A DNA stretch of 63,782 nt, the filler included, from Pseudomonadota bacterium (GTDB lineage: Bacteria; Desulfobacterota; Desulfobacteria; Desulfobacterales; JBDRRP01), in assembly GCA_043825735.1 (NCBI GenBank). It is 6 parts of 5 records of this genome, joined end to end, with 100 filler letters (N's around TTAATTAATTAA, not from the genome) between each part and the next. Parts side by side here need not be neighbours in the genome. Positions count along the whole stretch, not along the records: positions 60,960 to 63,782 come from JBDRRP010000097.1; 5 more parts are not named here. One strand, 5' to 3'. Made by a program: the position numbers and the translations under genes. Below the pieces are notes generated by a model. It made no database searches. It had not been told where the DNA came from and saw nothing but the letters and a program-made list of their open reading frames with translations. Positions within the stretch are counted from its first letter, which is position 1, and every line of letters starts with the position of its first letter. Positions 60,962 to 63,782 of the stretch are shown in pieces.

Positions 60962-62644
60962 TCGACGTGGTTTTCGCGAAATATCGGCATATCGGCAAAG
61001 GATTATTCACCGTCGGAGAGGGTGTCCGCTGCGGCAAAGGGGATCGCGGGCGTTGTCTTCAGCGCTAAGGTTGTGGATCTTGTCAAAGCTTTTTTCGTTG
61101 ACGTGCTGTTTCAGCAGCGGATTCTGAAGGAGGATTTTTCTCGCTGGCTGATGCACATGCTGATTTTTTACGGTTTCATGCTGCTGTTTTTTATGCACGC
61201 CCTCGAGAACTTCATATCCGGGCCCCTGTTTTCGGGTTACTATTCCACGGTCAACCCCTTTATGTTTTTACGGGACCTGTTCGGTTTGATGGTGATTGCC
61301 GGGGTCTGCATCGCCGTTTACCGCCGGTTCATTCTGAAGGTTCCCCGTCTCCGGACCAATGCCATGGACCACTATGCCATCCTGATCGTTTTCGTCATCC
61401 TGGTTTCCGGGGTATTTCTGGAGGGGGCAAAAATCAACTCCTACACCGAGTATCAGCGGATGGTGTACGACTACTCGGGTCTGGACGACGAGTCCGAGCT
61501 GGCGGCGCTGGAGAGCTACTGGGTACAGAACTACGGCGTGGTTTCCCCCAATGTGAAGGCGCCCTTTGACAAGGAGGTTCTTGCCGAGGGCAGAGACCTG
61601 CACGAGGGGACCTGCATGGAGTGTCATTCATCGCCCGGCTGGGCGTTTACGGGGTATGCCGCGGCCGCGGTGATGAAGCCCGCGGCGCTGGCGCTGGACA
61701 GTGCCGGCGCATCGACCATTCTCTGGTACATCCACTTTCTGGCGTGTTTTATTGGTCTGGCCTACCTGCCGTTCAGCAAGATGTTTCACATCTTTTCTAC
61801 GCCTGCGAGCCTGCTGGCCAATGCGGTCATGGACAGGGAGACATCCGACCCGCTTAATATCGCAACCCGTCAGGCCTTGGAACTGGACGCCTGCACGCAC
61901 TGCGGGACCTGCAGTCTGCGGTGTTCCGCGGCGGCGGCATTTGACGCGCTGGGCAACGAATACATACTGCCGTCTGAAAAGCTCGGTTTTTTAAAGTGCC
62001 TGGCCGCCGGGAAGGATCTGGGCGAAAAGGAGTTGCGGGCCATCCAGGAGGGGGTTTACCTGTGCACGAACTGCGACCGGTGCACCGTGGTGTGCCCGTC
62101 CGGGATCAACCTCGGGGACCTGTGGTTCACTGTCAGGGAGGACCTGGTTCAGCGGGGGTATCCGGAGCCGCTGGTGCTGTCGCCGTTTTCTTTTTTCAGG
62201 GGCCTGAGTCGGGATCGCCTTGCCGAAGAAGCGTACAGCAGCCCTGTCGAGGGAGCGAGCCGGGCCGTTGCCGGCAAGTTCACAGCGCTGATGGACAAGG
62301 AGACGCCCATATCGTTTGACGACAGGAAGGCCGGTGGCCCGGCCCTGCCGGAACCCGGGACATTTTCTTACTGTTTTGGCTGTCAGACCTGCACAACGGT
62401 CTGCCCGGTGGTGGCGGTTTATGAGGATCCGTCGGATGCCGTGGGGCTTCTGCCCCATCAGATCATGAACTGCCTGGGTCTGGGGTTGACGGAGATGGCG
62501 TCCGGCGCAAAAATGCTCTGGGACTGCGTCACCTGCTATCAGTGCCAGGAGCACTGCCCGCAGAACGTGGAGGTCACGGATCTTCTGTATCAGTTGAAGA
62601 ACATTGCCGTTGCCAATGCGGAAGCGGCTTCCGAACAGATATAA
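60962..62644 (+). CDS. Membrane-anchored HdrC-like protein (NarI-like TM, CxxCH, two 2x[4Fe-4S] modules), 5'-partial
   Basis: WLMHMLIFYGF, LPFSKMFH, CMECH, four CxxCxxCxxxC motifs. Confidence 0.85.
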   Translation, partial: STWFSRNIGISAKDYSPSERVSAAAKGIAGVVFSAKVVDLVKAFFVDVLFQQRILKEDFSRWLMHMLIFYGFMLLFFMHALENFISGPLFSGYYSTVNPFMFLRDLFGLMVIAGVCIAVYRRFILKVPRLRTNAMDHYAILIVFVILVSGVFLEGAKINSYTEYQRMVYDYSGLDDESELAALESYWVQNYGVVSPNVKAPFDKEVLAEGRDLHEGTCMECHSSPGWAFTGYAAAAVMKPAALALDSAGASTILWYIHFLACFIGLAYLPFSKMFHIFSTPASLLANAVMDRETSDPLNIATRQALELDACTHCGTCSLRCSAAAAFDALGNEYILPSEKLGFLKCLAAGKDLGEKELRAIQEGVYLCTNCDRCTVVCPSGINLGDLWFTVREDLVQRGYPEPLVLSPFSFFRGLSRDRLAEEAYSSPVEGASRAVAGKFTALMDKETPISFDDRKAGGPALPEPGTFSYCFGCQTCTTVCPVVAVYEDPSDAVGLLPHQIMNCLGLGLTEMASGAKMLWDCVTCYQCQEHCPQNVEVTDLLYQLKNIAVANAEAASEQI

Positions 62645-62646
62645 GA

Positions 62647-62756
62647 AGTTCAAGGTGCCTAAAGTTGTAAGTTATCATTTTAGAATCGGTTGCGCTGAAA
62701 GCGCATTCCTTAACTTTAGTTCACTTTAGCTCACTTCAAATTTTAGGCACTTGAGC
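62647..62756. repeat. Inverted degenerate 9-10-mer repeats
   Basis: TTCAAGGTGCCTAAAGTT / AACTTTAGTTCACTTTAGCTCACTT..TTTAGGCACTTGAG. Confidence 0.55.
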
Positions 62757-62813
62757 GTTGCGGAAGAGTATAACCGATTTTAATCATCAGAGCCTTACCA
62801 TAAGGACGGAATC

Positions 62814-63704
62814 ATGAAATACGCATTATTCCTGGGCTGCAACATCCCTGCGCGGGTCGAGCAGTATGATGCATCTGCCCGGGCGGTTTTAAAGCAGGTC
62901 GGGGTAGAGGTGGCGGACATCCGGGAATTCAACTGCTGCGGGTATCCCATGCGGAATTCGAACCAAAAGGCGTTTCTCTTTTCTTCCGCCGTCAACCTGG
63001 CCCTGGCCGAAAACGCGGGGCTTGACGTTATGGCCCTGTGCAAGTGCTGCTTCGGCAGTTTGAAGGAGGCGGCGCACATTCTGAGCGAGGACGAACGTCT
63101 GCGGGAAGAGATCAACACGCTGCTCGCGGACAGGGGTCTCGCGTATGGCGGCAAGGTTCAGATCAAGCACTTTCTTTCCGTGCTGTATCACGATGTGGGT
63201 CTGGATGCCATAAAGGGCAAGGTGACCGCGCCGTACAAGAAATTTAAAATTGCAACCCACTACGGGTGTCACGCGCTGCGCCCGAGCAAAATCACCGGGT
63301 TCGACGATCCGGTTGCGCCGACCCTGTTCGACAAGCTGGTGGAGGTGACGGGCGCAAAGAGCGTGGACTGGGCGAGCAGGCTGGAGTGCTGCGGCGCGCC
63401 GGCCCTGGGAGTCAACGACACGCTGTCCATGAAGCTGACGGAGCGGAAGCTTGCGGACGGAAAAAAGGCCGGTGCCGACTATCTCTGTTCGGCGTGTCCG
63501 TACTGTCATCTGCAGTTTGACACGGTCCAGGGGATGATGGTTTCCGGCAACGGGGCCGATCCGCTCGCATCCATTCTGTATCCTCAGCTCCTCGGGCTGA
63601 GTATGGGTATCGACGAAAAAACGTTGGGCATCGGGATGAACAGGCTCGATATCAGTGGTGTTACATCATTTATTGACTCAGGAGTTGAAAATGCCGAAGG
63701 ATAA
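62814..63704 (+). CDS. hdrB: Heterodisulfide reductase subunit B
   Basis: YALFLGC, NCCG, HYGCHALRP, ECCG, CPYCHLQFD. Confidence 0.93.
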   Translation: MKYALFLGCNIPARVEQYDASARAVLKQVGVEVADIREFNCCGYPMRNSNQKAFLFSSAVNLALAENAGLDVMALCKCCFGSLKEAAHILSEDERLREEINTLLADRGLAYGGKVQIKHFLSVLYHDVGLDAIKGKVTAPYKKFKIATHYGCHALRPSKITGFDDPVAPTLFDKLVEVTGAKSVDWASRLECCGAPALGVNDTLSMKLTERKLADGKKAGADYLCSACPYCHLQFDTVQGMMVSGNGADPLASILYPQLLGLSMGIDEKTLGIGMNRLDISGVTSFIDSGVENAEG

Positions 63705-63782
63705 AACAGGCGCTGTGATGGTCGTCGGCGGTGGTATCACCGGGATGCAGGCGGCCCTGGATCTGGCCAATTCCGGTTTTTA
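63691..63782 (+). CDS. hdrA: HdrA-like flavoprotein, N-terminus only
   Basis: MPKDKTGAVMVVGGGITGMQAALDLANSGF. Confidence 0.85.
   Translation, partial: MPKDKTGAVMVVGGGITGMQAALDLANSGF

Overview
The window is six separate contigs joined by 100-bp N/TTAATTAATTAA spacers (9067-9166, 20992-21091, 47879-47978, 57602-57701, 60860-60959), so adjacency across a spacer means nothing. Gene content suggests an anaerobic Desulfobacterota-like genome or bin (inference). Contig 1: Fic gene, lemA/TPM operon, and a 5'-truncated type III-D CRISPR tail (csx19, cas7-like RAMP, a cryptic degenerate one-spacer mini-array, a transmembrane-CARF effector, start of a 37-bp-repeat array). Contig 2: MCP split by one in-frame TAG, moaA, hybrid kinase, hydrolase, DEAD-box helicase behind a leader terminator, UGA/SECIS selD, and nested MITE/REP-like repeats. 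Contig 3: an island ending at a tRNA-Asn 3' fragment, with a BREX variant (brxC-pglX-pglZ-brxL), a double radical-SAM-type fusion and a primase/helicase-like ATPase; then a GIY-YIG cassette between tRNA-derived repeats, an efflux operon, a dam remnant, a PAS kinase and a RAYT-like end. Contig 4: a second, type 3 BREX with an AlbA/Schlafen-like insert. Contig 5: phage head module with a candidate RNA switch and a repeat-rich fibre-like protein. Contig 6: membrane HdrC-like (with CxxCH), hdrB, start of hdrA. All family calls come from reading motifs by eye; no database searches were run.
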